The notes under the pieces are model-generated. The model saw only the letters and a list, made by a program, of their open reading frames with translations, searched no databases and was not told the origin of the DNA. Below, piece by piece: positions 1 through 10,002 of a DNA stretch of 64,000 nt. The position numbers and the translations under genes were made by a program. Positions within the stretch are counted from its first letter, which is position 1. The number at the start of each line of letters is the position of its first letter. The stretch spans positions 320,001 through 384,000 of the forward strand of contig CAWGIE010000026.1 in NCBI GenBank assembly GCA_963822585.1, in the 5' to 3' direction. The stretch is from an uncultured bacterium. Its GTDB lineage: Bacteria > Auribacterota > Erginobacteria > Erginobacterales > Erginobacteraceae.

Positions 1-1
1 G

Positions 2-688
2 GGACCGGGCAATCTCTACGTCACCCTGGCCAAGAAAGAGGTTTTCGGCCATGTCGGCATCGACAGCCTGGCCGGTCCCAGCGAAGTGGCCATCCTCGCG
101 GACGGAACCGCGGATGCCCTCCCGATCGCGGCCGATCTCCTCGCCCAGGCGGAGCACGGGGTAGGGGGGATATCAATCCTGATCACGCCTTCAAACAGGC
201 TGATCGAGAACGTGCGCCGGGAGGCGGCCGAAGTAACCGCCCGGACGCCCCGGGGTTCGATCCTCAGAGAGACACTGGAGACGAGTGTCTTCCTAATCCG
301 GGTCAGGAGCCTGAAGGAAGGCATAGATTTGGTCAACCGGATCTCCCCTGAACACCTGGAGATCGTGACTAAAAAACCGGATGCAATCCTCGCGAAGATA
401 ACCGGGGCCGGGGCTATTTTTCTCGGCGCGATGAGCCCCGTGGCGGCAGGAGATTATGCGGCCGGCCCCAACCACGTTCTCCCTACGGGGGGGAGCGCCC
501 GATTTTCCTCCCCGCTCTCGGCGAACGACTTTATCAAGAAGAGCAGCGTGATCCGTTACAGCAGACAGTCGCTGAAGAATGACCTGGAAGCCCTGGAAGC
601 GCTGGCGGGACTGGAAGGCCTTGATGCCCATGCTCTTTCCGCCCGGGTCCGACTTCAAAAAAGACACAACAGTACCGGCGCAGGCTGA
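2..688 (+). CDS. hisD: Histidinol dehydrogenase, 5'-truncated by the window edge
   Basis: Frame open from position 2 (GPGNLYVTLAKK...GIDSLAGPSE); DLLAQAEH, PEHLE and GDYAAGPNHVLPT motifs. Confidence 0.95.
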   Translation, partial: GPGNLYVTLAKKEVFGHVGIDSLAGPSEVAILADGTADALPIAADLLAQAEHGVGGISILITPSNRLIENVRREAAEVTARTPRGSILRETLETSVFLIRVRSLKEGIDLVNRISPEHLEIVTKKPDAILAKITGAGAIFLGAMSPVAAGDYAAGPNHVLPTGGSARFSSPLSANDFIKKSSVIRYSRQSLKNDLEALEALAGLEGLDAHALSARVRLQKRHNSTGAG

Positions 689-700
689 AGCCTGCCGTTA
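678..700. repeat. Half copy of a REP-like palindrome (gcgcaggctgaagcctgccgtta)
   Basis: Short hairpin gcaggct/agcctgc; resembles the 3' half of the element at 41226-41278. Confidence 0.4.
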
Positions 701-767
701 CCGGCATAAACGCCGAACCTGATTGCTGCACATACGCCGTGGAGCAATCAACAACAACTGACAAATA

Positions 768-1814
768 ATGAGCGTGTTCAGGGACAATATAAAGGAATTG
801 AATCCTTACGTGCCCGGATTCCAGCCCAAAGAAGCCGGATTTATCAAGCTCAATACCAATGAGAACCCTTACCCGCCGTCCCCGAGGGTGAGAGAGGCGA
901 TTCTCGCTCTCGGGGAGTCTACCCTCCGGCTCTACCCCGACCCGTATTCGGACCGGCTCCGGGACACGATCGCCGCGGTATACGGATGCGGCCGGGAGAA
1001 TATCATCGTCGGGAATGGCTCCGATGAACTCCTCTCGATAGCTTTCCGGTGTTTCGTGGGGGAGGGTGACCGGGTTGTATTCCCGTCGCCTTCCTACAGC
1101 CTCTTCGGTGTCCTGGCCCGGGTCCAGGGAGCGGAGGTTTCCGAGGTGCCGCTCGACGATGACTTCAACCTGGCACCGTCTTTCGCCGGGATGCCGGCGG
1201 CGCTGAAGCTGATCGCGTCGCCCAACTCGCCCACCGGGACCGTCTGCCCGGCGGAGGCGGTTATCCGGGTACTCGAGCAGAGCGGGGGGATGGTGCTGGT
1301 GGACGAGGCCTATGTCGACTTCGCCGACAGCAACTGCCTCTCCCTGATCGAAAAGTACCCGAACCTCCTGGTGACCCGGACCTGCTCGAAATCATACTCC
1401 CTGGCCGGTCTCCGGGTCGGTTACGCCTTCGGGACGGCGGAGACGATCTCCGGGATGATGAAGGTCAAGGATTCCTATAATCTGAACGCCGTCAGCGCGG
1501 CCGCGGCCCGCGCCGCCCTGGCGGACCGCGACTATTTCAGCCGGACAGTGGCCAGAGTCAGGGAGGGAAGGGAGAAGCTCGCGGTCTCGCTCTTCCGACT
1601 GGGCTTCACCCCCTTTCCCTCCGGGGCCAATTTCCTTCTCTGCCGGGCGCCCGGGGGGAGGGCGGAAGAGATCTACCATGAACTTCTGAAACGGAAGATC
1701 CTGGTCCGCTATTTCGCCGCGCCGCGACTGAAAGAGTGTCTCCGGATCAGCATCGGCACTCCGAATGAGATGGAAGCGCTGGTCAGCGCCGTCGCGGAGA
1801 TACTTGAAGAATAG
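768..1814 (+). CDS. hisC: Histidinol-phosphate aminotransferase
   Basis: KLNTNENPYPPSP, SPNSPTG, VDEAY and RTCSKSYSLAGLRVGY (PLP lysine) motifs; follows hisD. Confidence 0.95.
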   Translation: MSVFRDNIKELNPYVPGFQPKEAGFIKLNTNENPYPPSPRVREAILALGESTLRLYPDPYSDRLRDTIAAVYGCGRENIIVGNGSDELLSIAFRCFVGEGDRVVFPSPSYSLFGVLARVQGAEVSEVPLDDDFNLAPSFAGMPAALKLIASPNSPTGTVCPAEAVIRVLEQSGGMVLVDEAYVDFADSNCLSLIEKYPNLLVTRTCSKSYSLAGLRVGYAFGTAETISGMMKVKDSYNLNAVSAAAARAALADRDYFSRTVARVREGREKLAVSLFRLGFTPFPSGANFLLCRAPGGRAEEIYHELLKRKILVRYFAAPRLKECLRISIGTPNEMEALVSAVAEILEE

Positions 1815-1843
1815 CGGGCTAAATCAACAATGGAGAGTCATCG

Positions 1844-2434
1844 ATGAGAAAGAGGATCGGCCGAGTTGCCAGAAAGACGAAAGAGACCGACATCACCGTC
1901 CAGCTCACTATCGAGGGGAACGGCGCGAGTTCCATCGAGACCGGCATCCCCTTTTTCGACCACATGCTGGAACTTTTCAGCAAACATGGCCTCTTCGATC
2001 TTCGGATCAGAGCGGAAGGGGATCTCAAGGTCGATTTTCATCACACTGTTGAAGATCTGGGGATCTGTCTCGGCCAGGCATTCGCCGAGGCACTGGGGGA
2101 GAAAAAAGGCATCCGCCGATACGGAGAAGCCGTCGTCCCCATGGACGAGGCTCTCGCCTCGGTTGCCGTGGATCTGGGGGGGCGGAGTTTCCTGGCCTAC
2201 AACATTAAAATCCGCCGGATCAAGATCGGGGATTTTAACGTTTCCTTATTCAAGGAATTTTTCAAGGCTTTCGCGGACCAGGCCCGGATGGCTATTCACA
2301 TCAACGTAGCCTACGGCGATAACGCGCACCATGTCATCGAGGCGGTCTTTAAGGCGACCGGGAGGGCCCTGCGGGAAGCTACGGAGGCGGATCCCCGGGT
2401 AAAGGGGATCCCGTCAACGAAAGGAAGCTTATAA
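1844..2434 (+). CDS. hisB: Imidazoleglycerol-phosphate dehydratase
   Basis: RKTKETDI, FFDHML, DFHHTVED, NAHHVIEA, IPSTKG. Confidence 0.97.
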   Translation: MRKRIGRVARKTKETDITVQLTIEGNGASSIETGIPFFDHMLELFSKHGLFDLRIRAEGDLKVDFHHTVEDLGICLGQAFAEALGEKKGIRRYGEAVVPMDEALASVAVDLGGRSFLAYNIKIRRIKIGDFNVSLFKEFFKAFADQARMAIHINVAYGDNAHHVIEAVFKATGRALREATEADPRVKGIPSTKGSL

Positions 2435-2439
2435 ACAGC

Positions 2440-2526
2440 TGGAGTGGTGGAATCATGGAGTACTGGAGTAATGGAGCGGCCGGCCGCCGTTTCCGCCGCC
2501 CGCCATTCCACTACTCCATCACTCCA
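2440..2526. repeat. Intergenic hairpin of tandem TGGAGTRN units and their complements
   Basis: tggagtggtggaatcatggagtactggagtaatgg ... ccattccactactccatcactcca; second copy at 50523-50600. Confidence 0.8.
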
Positions 2527-2564
2527 GGTTACTCCTGCCTGGGACACGGCAATCCATTGCTACC

Positions 2565-3287
2565 ATGATCGTCATACCGGCTATCGACATCAAATCCGGC
2601 CGCTGCGTCCGCCTCTTTCAGGGGATGGCCGAGCGGGAGACCGTTTATGGCGAAGACCCGGCGGCGATGGCCCGCAGATGGGAAGGGGAGGGAGCCGAAT
2701 TCCTGCACGTGGTCGATCTGGACGGCGCCTTTGAGGGGGAACCGAAAAATTGGGGGGCGGTGCAAGAGATTATCAGTTCCGTCAAGGTCCCGATCCAACT
2801 GGGGGGAGGGATCCGCTCCCGGGAAACCATCGAGATGCTTCTGGCCGGCGGTGTCACCCGGGTGATCATCGGGAGCCGGGCGGCCGGGGACACGGACTTC
2901 CTTCGGGAGATCTTCCGCGAGTTCCGGGGATGGATCGTCCCCTCCATCGACGCACGCGCCGGACAGGTTCTGGTCAAAGGCTGGGCGGAAGAAACCGGAC
3001 TCAGGGCTGCCGATCTGGGCAACGACCTGCGGAAAATCGGTTTCCGGCTGATTATCTATACCGACACCGCCGTCGATGGAACTCTGGAAGGCCCCAACCT
3101 TCCCGCGATCGAAAATTTTTTAGACCAGACCGGTCTGACGCTGATTGCCGCGGGTGGAATTTCCCGTTTAGCGGATATTATTCAGCTTAAGCGGCTCGGA
3201 GGAAAAGGATTAGCCGGTGTTATCACCGGGAAAGCGATCTACGACGGGGCCCTGGATCTGAAAGAAGCCATCCATGCCGCCCAATGA
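2565..3287 (+). CDS. hisA: ProFAR isomerase
   Basis: MIVIPAIDIKSGRCVRLFQG, LHVVDLDGA, IQLGGGIR, DGTLEGPN. Confidence 0.96.
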   Translation: MIVIPAIDIKSGRCVRLFQGMAERETVYGEDPAAMARRWEGEGAEFLHVVDLDGAFEGEPKNWGAVQEIISSVKVPIQLGGGIRSRETIEMLLAGGVTRVIIGSRAAGDTDFLREIFREFRGWIVPSIDARAGQVLVKGWAEETGLRAADLGNDLRKIGFRLIIYTDTAVDGTLEGPNLPAIENFLDQTGLTLIAAGGISRLADIIQLKRLGGKGLAGVITGKAIYDGALDLKEAIHAAQ

Positions 3288-3295
3288 ACCTAATA

Positions 3296-3480
3296 AACCA
3301 CGAAGGACACGAAGAACACGAAGGATTAAACGTATTAGATGATAGCTTGATTCTCCGCTTGAGGTGGATCGCAATAGCATTTTAAGATTTCTCAGGGAAC
3401 CTCTAAAGGTGCGATTATCACATGTTAACCCAAAATACTAATCTGGTTTGTTCTTCGTGTCCTTCGTGTTCTTCGTGGTT
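3296..3480. repeat. Inverted-repeat element of tandem CACGAAGNN units
   Basis: aaccacgaaggacacgaagaacacgaag ... cttcgtgtccttcgtgttcttcgtggtt; further copies at 11271-11368, 29052-29149 and 57939-58027. Confidence 0.85.
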
Positions 3481-3504
3481 AAAAAATTTCAGGAGAAGAT
3501 GATC

Positions 3505-3915
3505 GTGAAAGAACTGGAAGAAGGGAGTAAACTGCAACTTGATTTCGGAAAGATCGCCAAGGTCGCCGCGAACTGCCCGGATGTGATCCCGGTCGCCCTC
3601 CAGAACGCGGACACCGGGGAGGTCATCCTGATCGCCTATACCAACGAGGAGGCTTTCCGGAAAGCCCTCTCGACCCGCACCGTCGTCCTCTGGAGCACGT
3701 CCCGCAATGAACTGTGGGAGAAAGGGAAGACGTCCGGAGAAACCTTCTGCTTGATCGAGGCGTATGTGAACTGCGAGCAGAATTCGCTGGTTTATAAAGT
3801 CCGACCGAAAAGGGGAGGGATCTGCCATACGAAGAACAACAACGGTGAGCCGCGAAATTGTTACTACCGCCGGGTGGATTTTGATACCTTGATGCTGGAA
3901 AACATCAACCCCTGA
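3505..3915 (+). CDS. hisI: Phosphoribosyl-AMP cyclohydrolase
   Basis: WSTSRNELWEKGKTSG, NCEQNSL, GICHT..NCYYR; start placed at GTG 3505 (AGGAG at 3491) because the listed 3448 start lies inside the repeat. Confidence 0.88.
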   Translation: MKELEEGSKLQLDFGKIAKVAANCPDVIPVALQNADTGEVILIAYTNEEAFRKALSTRTVVLWSTSRNELWEKGKTSGETFCLIEAYVNCEQNSLVYKVRPKRGGICHTKNNNGEPRNCYYRRVDFDTLMLENINP

Positions 3916-3917
3916 TC

Positions 3918-3946
3918 TAAATGAGCGAGCACGGCTCGCTGATTTA
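3918..3946 (+). repeat. TAAAT-AGCG..CGCT-ATTTA boundary hairpin, possibly also a terminator
   Basis: taaatgagcgagcacggctcgctgattta directly after the hisI stop; same type as 35370-35396. Confidence 0.6.
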
Positions 3947-4083
3947 GATGTTATACTTATCACTTGCAATAATCAGATAAATTGACGATAATTATGGGAT
4001 CATGATGGATCAAACACATCATGACCAACCGGTAACTTTGGCGAAATCCCTTTTACGGGATAAGCGAAAAAGGAGGTAGTAGT

Positions 4084-4401
4084 ATGCAGGATAAAGGATT
4101 GATCGGGACAATATTTGATTTTTCATTTAGTGAATTTGTCACCACAAAAGTCATCAAGTTTCTTCTCGGCCTGGCAATGGCGATCAACGTCATCGTCACC
4201 ATTGTGATCATTGTCGGCGGTTTTAATAACGGAGCCCTGGCCGGCATCGTAACATTAATCCTGTCTCCGATTATCTATCTGGTGCTGATGCTCTTCTCAA
4301 GGATTTATCTTGAGCTGATCATCGTCATCTTCCGGATCGCGGAAAACCTGATCGCGATCAAGGAAAAACTGGGCGGAGGAGAGGGCCCCGAAAACGCCTA
4401 A
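4084..4401 (+). CDS. Small membrane protein, DUF4282-like
   Basis: FDFSFSEFVTTKVIK and RIYLELIIVIFRIAENL signatures; two TM segments; AGGAGG RBS. Confidence 0.75.
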   Translation: MQDKGLIGTIFDFSFSEFVTTKVIKFLLGLAMAINVIVTIVIIVGGFNNGALAGIVTLILSPIIYLVLMLFSRIYLELIIVIFRIAENLIAIKEKLGGGEGPENA

Positions 4402-4489
4402 GCGGAGTGAGAATACGATCACTTCTTCCGGCGGGACAGGTCAGGCAGTCCGCATTCCCCGCGGGCGAATCCTGCTGCGCTTCCTGGCG

Positions 4490-6340
4490 GTGGTGATCCT
4501 GGCCCTCGGGATACGGGGAGCATACCAACTGGAACGTCGTTTCGAGCCATCCCGGTACGATCTCGCCTACGGGATGGATGAGTATAACTATGACCGGCTG
4601 GCCGCCAGTCGGGTCGCCGGGAGATTTTTCTTCCCCGGGGTCATTTACTCACTGCCCGGATATCCCGCGCTCCTCCATCCCCTCTATCTGATCGGGGGGA
4701 GAAGCCTTGACCTGGTCCGGGCAGCGCAGGCACTCCTGGGCGCCATCAGCTGCGGGCTGACCTTTCTGCTGGGGAGAAAAGTCTTCGGCCCGAAGGCCGG
4801 GCTGCTGGCGGCCCTGATCGCGATTTTTTATGGGCCGAGCCTCTTTTTTGAGACCCGGCTGGTTCCAGCTACGGCCGGGTTGCTGGCCAGCCTGTTGTCG
4901 CTGACCTGGCTGGCCTATCTCCCGGGAGCGAACCGGCGACCGGCCTGGCTCATGGGGGGGGTCCTTCTCGGCGTGGCCGCCCTCTTCGCGGCCGGGAATC
5001 TTTTGCTGGCGCTTCTGATACTCTTGTTCTGGATCCCCGGGAATAGTGTCCCCCCTCTTTCTCTGATCTGGAAAGAAACCCTGGTGCTGCTGGGGGTGCT
5101 GCTGGTCCTGACCCCGGCCGCGACCAGAAACAGCCGGCAGGCCGGCGCCCCGGTCGCCCTCACGGCCCATGCGGGAATCAATTTTTTCATCGGGAATAAT
5201 CCGGAATCCACCGGAGGATTCAAAACCCCTCTTTTTCTCACGCCTTCGGCCACCGGGATCATTCTTGACTCCCACCGCGTGGCGGAAGAACGGGCGGGGA
5301 AGAGGCTGTCGCCGGGAGGATCTTCCTGGTTCTGGTTTAAAGAAGGCCTGAGATATCTGTTCTCCGCTCCCGGCAACACCCTGCGCCTTACGATGCTGAA
5401 GATCGGCCTGCTGATCGGGCCCCGGGAATATCCTGACATCGGCGGAAACCGTGAGGGGGCAAAGAGGGACTTTCAGCTTTACGGGATCCCCCTGGTCCCT
5501 TTCGGGTTGATCGTTCCCTTCGCGGCCGCCGGGCTGTTTTTATCGCCTCGACGGAAAAGAACACGGATGTTATTATTGCTCTATCTGATAGCCGGGGTCT
5601 CCGCCATAGTGTTTTTTTATTATCAGGACCGGGCCCGTTTGCTGATTGTCCCGGTCTGCGCCATTTTCGCCGGCGGATGTGTCCAGTTCTTATTCCGGGC
5701 ATTGCGTGACAGACAGTTAAAACGGGCTTTCCCCGTCATCATTTTCCTGTTCGCGGCTTTTGTCGCTCTTTGGAATCTGCCAGCGGTGGAGATGCGGTCT
5801 GAGACCAACCTGCTGATGACCCGGGCCCAGAAAAATTTCAGGGAGCGGAACATGTCTGTTGCCCGTGACATGCTGGATAGAGCGCTGCTCCTCCATCCCG
5901 GGCTGGGGGGGGCGTATCTTGTCCTGGGCGATGTTGCTTCGCTGGAGGGAAACGAGCCGGCGGCCGAGGAATATTACCGGGTTGCGGAACAAAAAGAACC
6001 GTTGAATCCCGACCCGGCTTTACGGTTAAGCATTCTCTTCCTGGGAAGGGGAAAACTCAACGCGGCAAAAGGAGCGGCACTTCGGGCATTAACGATCGAT
6101 CCTCTTTCCTGGAAAGCCCACTCGCTGCTGGCAGACAGTTACTACTATAGTGGAGAGGAAGAAGAAGCATACCGGCAGGCCCGGATCGCCGTGCAGCTCA
6201 ACCCGAATTCGGCCAAGGATCACAACAATCTTGCCCTCCATTTTTCCCGGGAAGGAGATCCCGGCATGGCGGAATATCATTACCGCCGGGCCGCCCGAAT
6301 CGGCGGCTGGACCACTGAAGAGGAAGATGCTCCAAAATGA
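4490..6340 (+). CDS. GT-C fold (ArnT/PMT-like) glycosyltransferase with C-terminal TPRs
   Basis: DEYNY, PGYP, GINFFIGNNP, RARLLIVP motifs; many TM helices; TPR tail; start uncertain. Confidence 0.75.
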   Translation: MVILALGIRGAYQLERRFEPSRYDLAYGMDEYNYDRLAASRVAGRFFFPGVIYSLPGYPALLHPLYLIGGRSLDLVRAAQALLGAISCGLTFLLGRKVFGPKAGLLAALIAIFYGPSLFFETRLVPATAGLLASLLSLTWLAYLPGANRRPAWLMGGVLLGVAALFAAGNLLLALLILLFWIPGNSVPPLSLIWKETLVLLGVLLVLTPAATRNSRQAGAPVALTAHAGINFFIGNNPESTGGFKTPLFLTPSATGIILDSHRVAEERAGKRLSPGGSSWFWFKEGLRYLFSAPGNTLRLTMLKIGLLIGPREYPDIGGNREGAKRDFQLYGIPLVPFGLIVPFAAAGLFLSPRRKRTRMLLLLYLIAGVSAIVFFYYQDRARLLIVPVCAIFAGGCVQFLFRALRDRQLKRAFPVIIFLFAAFVALWNLPAVEMRSETNLLMTRAQKNFRERNMSVARDMLDRALLLHPGLGGAYLVLGDVASLEGNEPAAEEYYRVAEQKEPLNPDPALRLSILFLGRGKLNAAKGAALRALTIDPLSWKAHSLLADSYYYSGEEEEAYRQARIAVQLNPNSAKDHNNLALHFSREGDPGMAEYHYRRAARIGGWTTEEEDAPK

Positions 6341-7224
6341 AGAGATGGCTCGGCAGCACCGGTCCGTATCTGTATATCCTCCCGGCTTTTTCGGTGATCT
6401 TGATCTTCCTGATCATACCCATGTTCTATGCCCTCTACCTCAGCTTCTTCCGCTGGGACATGGTCTCGCCCCGCCAGTTTGTCGGGCTGACTAACTACTG
6501 GATAATCTTCCAGGACAGTGACTTCCTGCTATCTCTTCTCAATACCCTCATCTTTTCCCTCGGTTCTATTATCTTCGGCCTCGGTCTGTCGCTGATCTTC
6601 GCCATCCTGCTCAGCAAGAAGATCAGGGGACTCGGCCTCTTCCGCACCGCTTTTTTCATCCCCTATGTCGCTTCGATGACAGCCATCGCCATTGTCTGGC
6701 GGTGGATCCTACAGCCCCGGGGATTGCTTAACTCTGTCCTCAACCCGATCTTCTCCTTGCTCCATTTGAACCTGGCCGATATCAGGTGGCTCCAGCAACC
6801 CGGGCCGGCCCGGGCGGCCATCATCCTTTTCGTGATCTGGAAGACAATGGGTTTCAATATCCTGATCTTCCTGACCCGGCTACTGGATATCAATCCGTCG
6901 TATTATGAAGCGGCCGACATCGACGGCGCCAGCGCCTTAGCCAAATTCCGTTATATTACCTGGCCGCTCCTGCTGCCGACCACGCTCTTCCTGCTTACCA
7001 TCTCGACCATCTTCTCCATTCAGATGTTCATCCCGGTCTTCATCCTGACCCCTGACGGAGGACCGCTCAAGAGTACCACCACCAGCGTTTTCTATCTTTA
7101 CAAGACAGCATTCAGCAACAACCTCTTCGGATACGCCTGCGCCATCGCCTACATTCTTTTCTTCATCATTCTCATCCTCACCCTGTTACAGAAAAAATTT
7201 CTGGGAGCAAAGCCGGATGAATAG
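6337..7224 (+). CDS. Carbohydrate ABC transporter permease (UgpA/MalF-like)
   Basis: FVGLTNY; EAA loop YEAADIDGAS..KFRYITWPLL; ATGA overlap with the upstream gene. Confidence 0.9.
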   Translation: MKRWLGSTGPYLYILPAFSVILIFLIIPMFYALYLSFFRWDMVSPRQFVGLTNYWIIFQDSDFLLSLLNTLIFSLGSIIFGLGLSLIFAILLSKKIRGLGLFRTAFFIPYVASMTAIAIVWRWILQPRGLLNSVLNPIFSLLHLNLADIRWLQQPGPARAAIILFVIWKTMGFNILIFLTRLLDINPSYYEAADIDGASALAKFRYITWPLLLPTTLFLLTISTIFSIQMFIPVFILTPDGGPLKSTTTSVFYLYKTAFSNNLFGYACAIAYILFFIILILTLLQKKFLGAKPDE

Positions 7225-7293
7225 GCGCGGTGTCACCGGGAACAAACGGACTCAACGTTGAACAGTTAAACCGGATAGTATAAGCAGGAAAAA

Positions 7294-8601
7294 ATGCCGT
7301 CACCCCGAACAACAAAAACCATCTCACCCCGCCTGCTCGTTTACCTGATGCTCACGGTGGGGGGAATTACCATGATCTTCCCTTTTATCTGGATGCTGAG
7401 CACCTCTTTCAAATCATCACTCGAGGTGCTCTCCGCGCAGATTTCCCTGCTCCCCGAGCAGAAGAAATATATCCGGGTCAACGAGAACCTGGAACAGGTG
7501 GAATTTGCCGTTGCCCTCGACCTGCAGAGGGAGATCTCCCTCCGGGAGGGTGAGCTCTCGGAATTGATCAGGGGGGCTGTACCCGGCGACACCTCTTTCA
7601 GAATGCTGCTTTCAAATGAATTCAGCCGTCTACGGGGGGAACTGGAGAAATATTTCCGGAGGTTTCATCCCCGGGACGAAGTCGTCGCAACCGTCACCTC
7701 CCTGACGGACGACACCATCCAACGGCTGTCCCTGTCGAAAGAGATCGGGTCTCTTCCGGCCTCTGCCGGAGAACGGATCCGCGAGGGACTCCTGAAAATG
7801 ACGGATGGAATGAAGAGGATCACCGCCGGGGGCGTCTACGGCACCGAGCTGGTAGAAGTGGTTATCCTGGCCGGGGAAAAAAGAGGGGAAACGGCCGCCG
7901 TGCCTCCGGATGAGATAGTGTACAAACGGTTTCTCTGGGAGAACTTCAAGAAGGCCTGGCAGGCGGCACCGTTCGCACGCTATTTTCTCAACAGCATCAT
8001 CATGTCGGTGGCGGTCACTATAGGACAGGTGATAACCTCGGCCATGGCTGCCTATGCGTTTGCCCGGATGCGGTTCCGTTTCAAGGAAACCCTCTTCATG
8101 GTCCTCCTGGCAACCATGATGATCCCCAAGCAAGTTATCCTGATCCCGGACTACGCCATTATCTCCTGGCTCAAGTGGGTGAACACCTACTACGCGTTGA
8201 TCGTTCCCTTTATCGGAGCTGTCTTCGGCATCTATTTCCTGCGCCAGCACTTCGAGACTCTTCCCCAGGATCTTTTTGACGCGGCCAGCATCGACGGCTG
8301 CGGGAGGTTCCGGACGCTCTTTAGAATCGTTCTCCCCTTATCGAGCAGCGTCATTCTCACCGTCGCCCTCTTCACCTTCATCATGACCTGGAACTCGCTC
8401 CTTTGGCCGCTGGTCATGACGAACACCCCGGAGATGCGACCTCTCCAGGTCGGGCTGGCGGTCTTCAACCAGGAGAGCGGCACCGACTGGGAACTGCTGA
8501 TGGCGGCTTCAACCTTCTCCATTCTGCCGCTGCTGGTCATCTTCTTTATCGCCCAGAAACAATTTATCGAAGGCATCACCCGGTCGGGTATGAAAGGATA
8601 A
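7294..8601 (+). CDS. Carbohydrate ABC transporter permease (UgpE/MalG-like) with a large extracytoplasmic insertion
   Basis: FPFIWMLSTSFK, WENFKKAW, FDAASIDGCG, AQKQFIEGI..GMKG; about 160 extra residues after TM1. Confidence 0.88.
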   Translation: MPSPRTTKTISPRLLVYLMLTVGGITMIFPFIWMLSTSFKSSLEVLSAQISLLPEQKKYIRVNENLEQVEFAVALDLQREISLREGELSELIRGAVPGDTSFRMLLSNEFSRLRGELEKYFRRFHPRDEVVATVTSLTDDTIQRLSLSKEIGSLPASAGERIREGLLKMTDGMKRITAGGVYGTELVEVVILAGEKRGETAAVPPDEIVYKRFLWENFKKAWQAAPFARYFLNSIIMSVAVTIGQVITSAMAAYAFARMRFRFKETLFMVLLATMMIPKQVILIPDYAIISWLKWVNTYYALIVPFIGAVFGIYFLRQHFETLPQDLFDAASIDGCGRFRTLFRIVLPLSSSVILTVALFTFIMTWNSLLWPLVMTNTPEMRPLQVGLAVFNQESGTDWELLMAASTFSILPLLVIFFIAQKQFIEGITRSGMKG

Positions 8602-8643
8602 TATTTTCTGCGAAATTATTATCGCGTAAAGGTCACACGTGTT

Positions 8644-9942
8644 ATGAAACATCCTTTTAAATGTCGAGCATCATTTGAATTAGTTTTAATACTTCTGTTA
8701 GTGTCTTTTCTTCCCTTTATCGGCTGTTCCGAAGGAACAGCCGATAAAGGAAAGGGAGGGAAAATAATAGTGAGGTTCTGGCATGCCATGGGCGGTCCCC
8801 TGGGGGAAGTGCTCAACTCGATGATCGACGAATTCAACCAGGCTCATCCCGGCTGGTTTATCAAGTCGGAGAGCATGGGAAGCTACGAAGCCCTCAAGCA
8901 GAAGATACTGGCCTCCATCATAGCAGGTAACCAACCGGACATGGCCCAGGCCTATGAAGCATGGATATCAACCCTGCTTGGTGGAGAGGCCCTGGTCGAC
9001 CTGGGAGAACTCGATCCGGAATTCAAGAAGGACCTGAACGACTTCTTCCCGGTTTTCATCAGGGACAGCATCTACGACGGGAAGTTGATGTCGCTCCCCT
9101 TCAACAAAAGCGTCCCCGTTATTTATTATAACAAAGATCTCTTCCGGCGCGCCGGGCTCGATCCCGATTCCCCCCCAAAAACATGGGACGAGTTCGTCAG
9201 CGTTTGCCAACAGCTGACCCGCGACTTTGACGGCGACGGCAAACCGGACCAGTGGGGGTTCAAATTCTCGGATCACGCGACCTATTTTGAGTGCCTCCTG
9301 GTACAGAATGGCGGGCGGCTCTTTGACGAGAAAGACCGGACCATGGTATTCAATTCGCCGGAGGGGGCGGAGGCTCTCCAGTACCTGGTTGACCTCGTCC
9401 ATAAATACCGCGTGGCCGACTTCTATCTGGGTGGGTACCAGCATCAGGTCGACTTCGCGGCCCAGAAAGTGGCGATGATTGTAGCTTCCTGCGTTTCCCG
9501 GATTTTTATGAAGAAACAGCTGAACTTCGACTGGGGTATCGCTCCCTTGCTGACAAAAAAGCAGCGGGGAAACCTGGTTTACGGGACTAATATCGTCATT
9601 TTCTCCCGTTCGTCGCCCGAGAAACAGCGAATCGCCTGGGAGTTCATCAAGTGGTTCACCAGCCCCGAGAATTCCGCCCGCTGGGCGCTACTGACCAACT
9701 ACGTTCCGGTCCGGAAATCCAGCCTCGATCTTGAGATCATGCGGGCTGAGTTCCGGGATAACCCCGACAGCCGGGTGCCCGTCGGGGAACTGGACTACGC
9801 GTTCTTCGAGCCTCGGTGGCGCCAGTGGCTCCAGGTCAGGGAATATCTGGGGGACGCGATCAAAGGGACCCTGCTCGGGAAAGAAACACCCGGGGCGGCC
9901 CTCGATCGCGCCGTAGAGAAAGGAAAACTCTGGCTTAAATAA
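8644..9942 (+). CDS. ABC transporter substrate-binding lipoprotein (UgpB-like)
   Basis: Lipobox-like FIGC; FWHAMGG, LPFNKS..YYNKDLF, PPKTWDE. Confidence 0.88.
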   Translation: MKHPFKCRASFELVLILLLVSFLPFIGCSEGTADKGKGGKIIVRFWHAMGGPLGEVLNSMIDEFNQAHPGWFIKSESMGSYEALKQKILASIIAGNQPDMAQAYEAWISTLLGGEALVDLGELDPEFKKDLNDFFPVFIRDSIYDGKLMSLPFNKSVPVIYYNKDLFRRAGLDPDSPPKTWDEFVSVCQQLTRDFDGDGKPDQWGFKFSDHATYFECLLVQNGGRLFDEKDRTMVFNSPEGAEALQYLVDLVHKYRVADFYLGGYQHQVDFAAQKVAMIVASCVSRIFMKKQLNFDWGIAPLLTKKQRGNLVYGTNIVIFSRSSPEKQRIAWEFIKWFTSPENSARWALLTNYVPVRKSSLDLEIMRAEFRDNPDSRVPVGELDYAFFEPRWRQWLQVREYLGDAIKGTLLGKETPGAALDRAVEKGKLWLK

Positions 9943-10002
9943 ATGCCGTCAGCTCCGCGGCCATCATTTAATTATATTCAATTTCTAAACCTGCCAACAT
10001 CG

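Noticed and set aside
3296..3480. Short tandem repeats as a CRISPR array
   Set aside because: Units are 7-9 nt, inverted, and lack unique 30-40 nt spacers; no cas operon in the window.
7228..7270. Weak similarity to 12568-12603 (gtcacc.gggaaca...acagttaa)
   Set aside because: Only two short, gapped matches; cannot be distinguished from chance.
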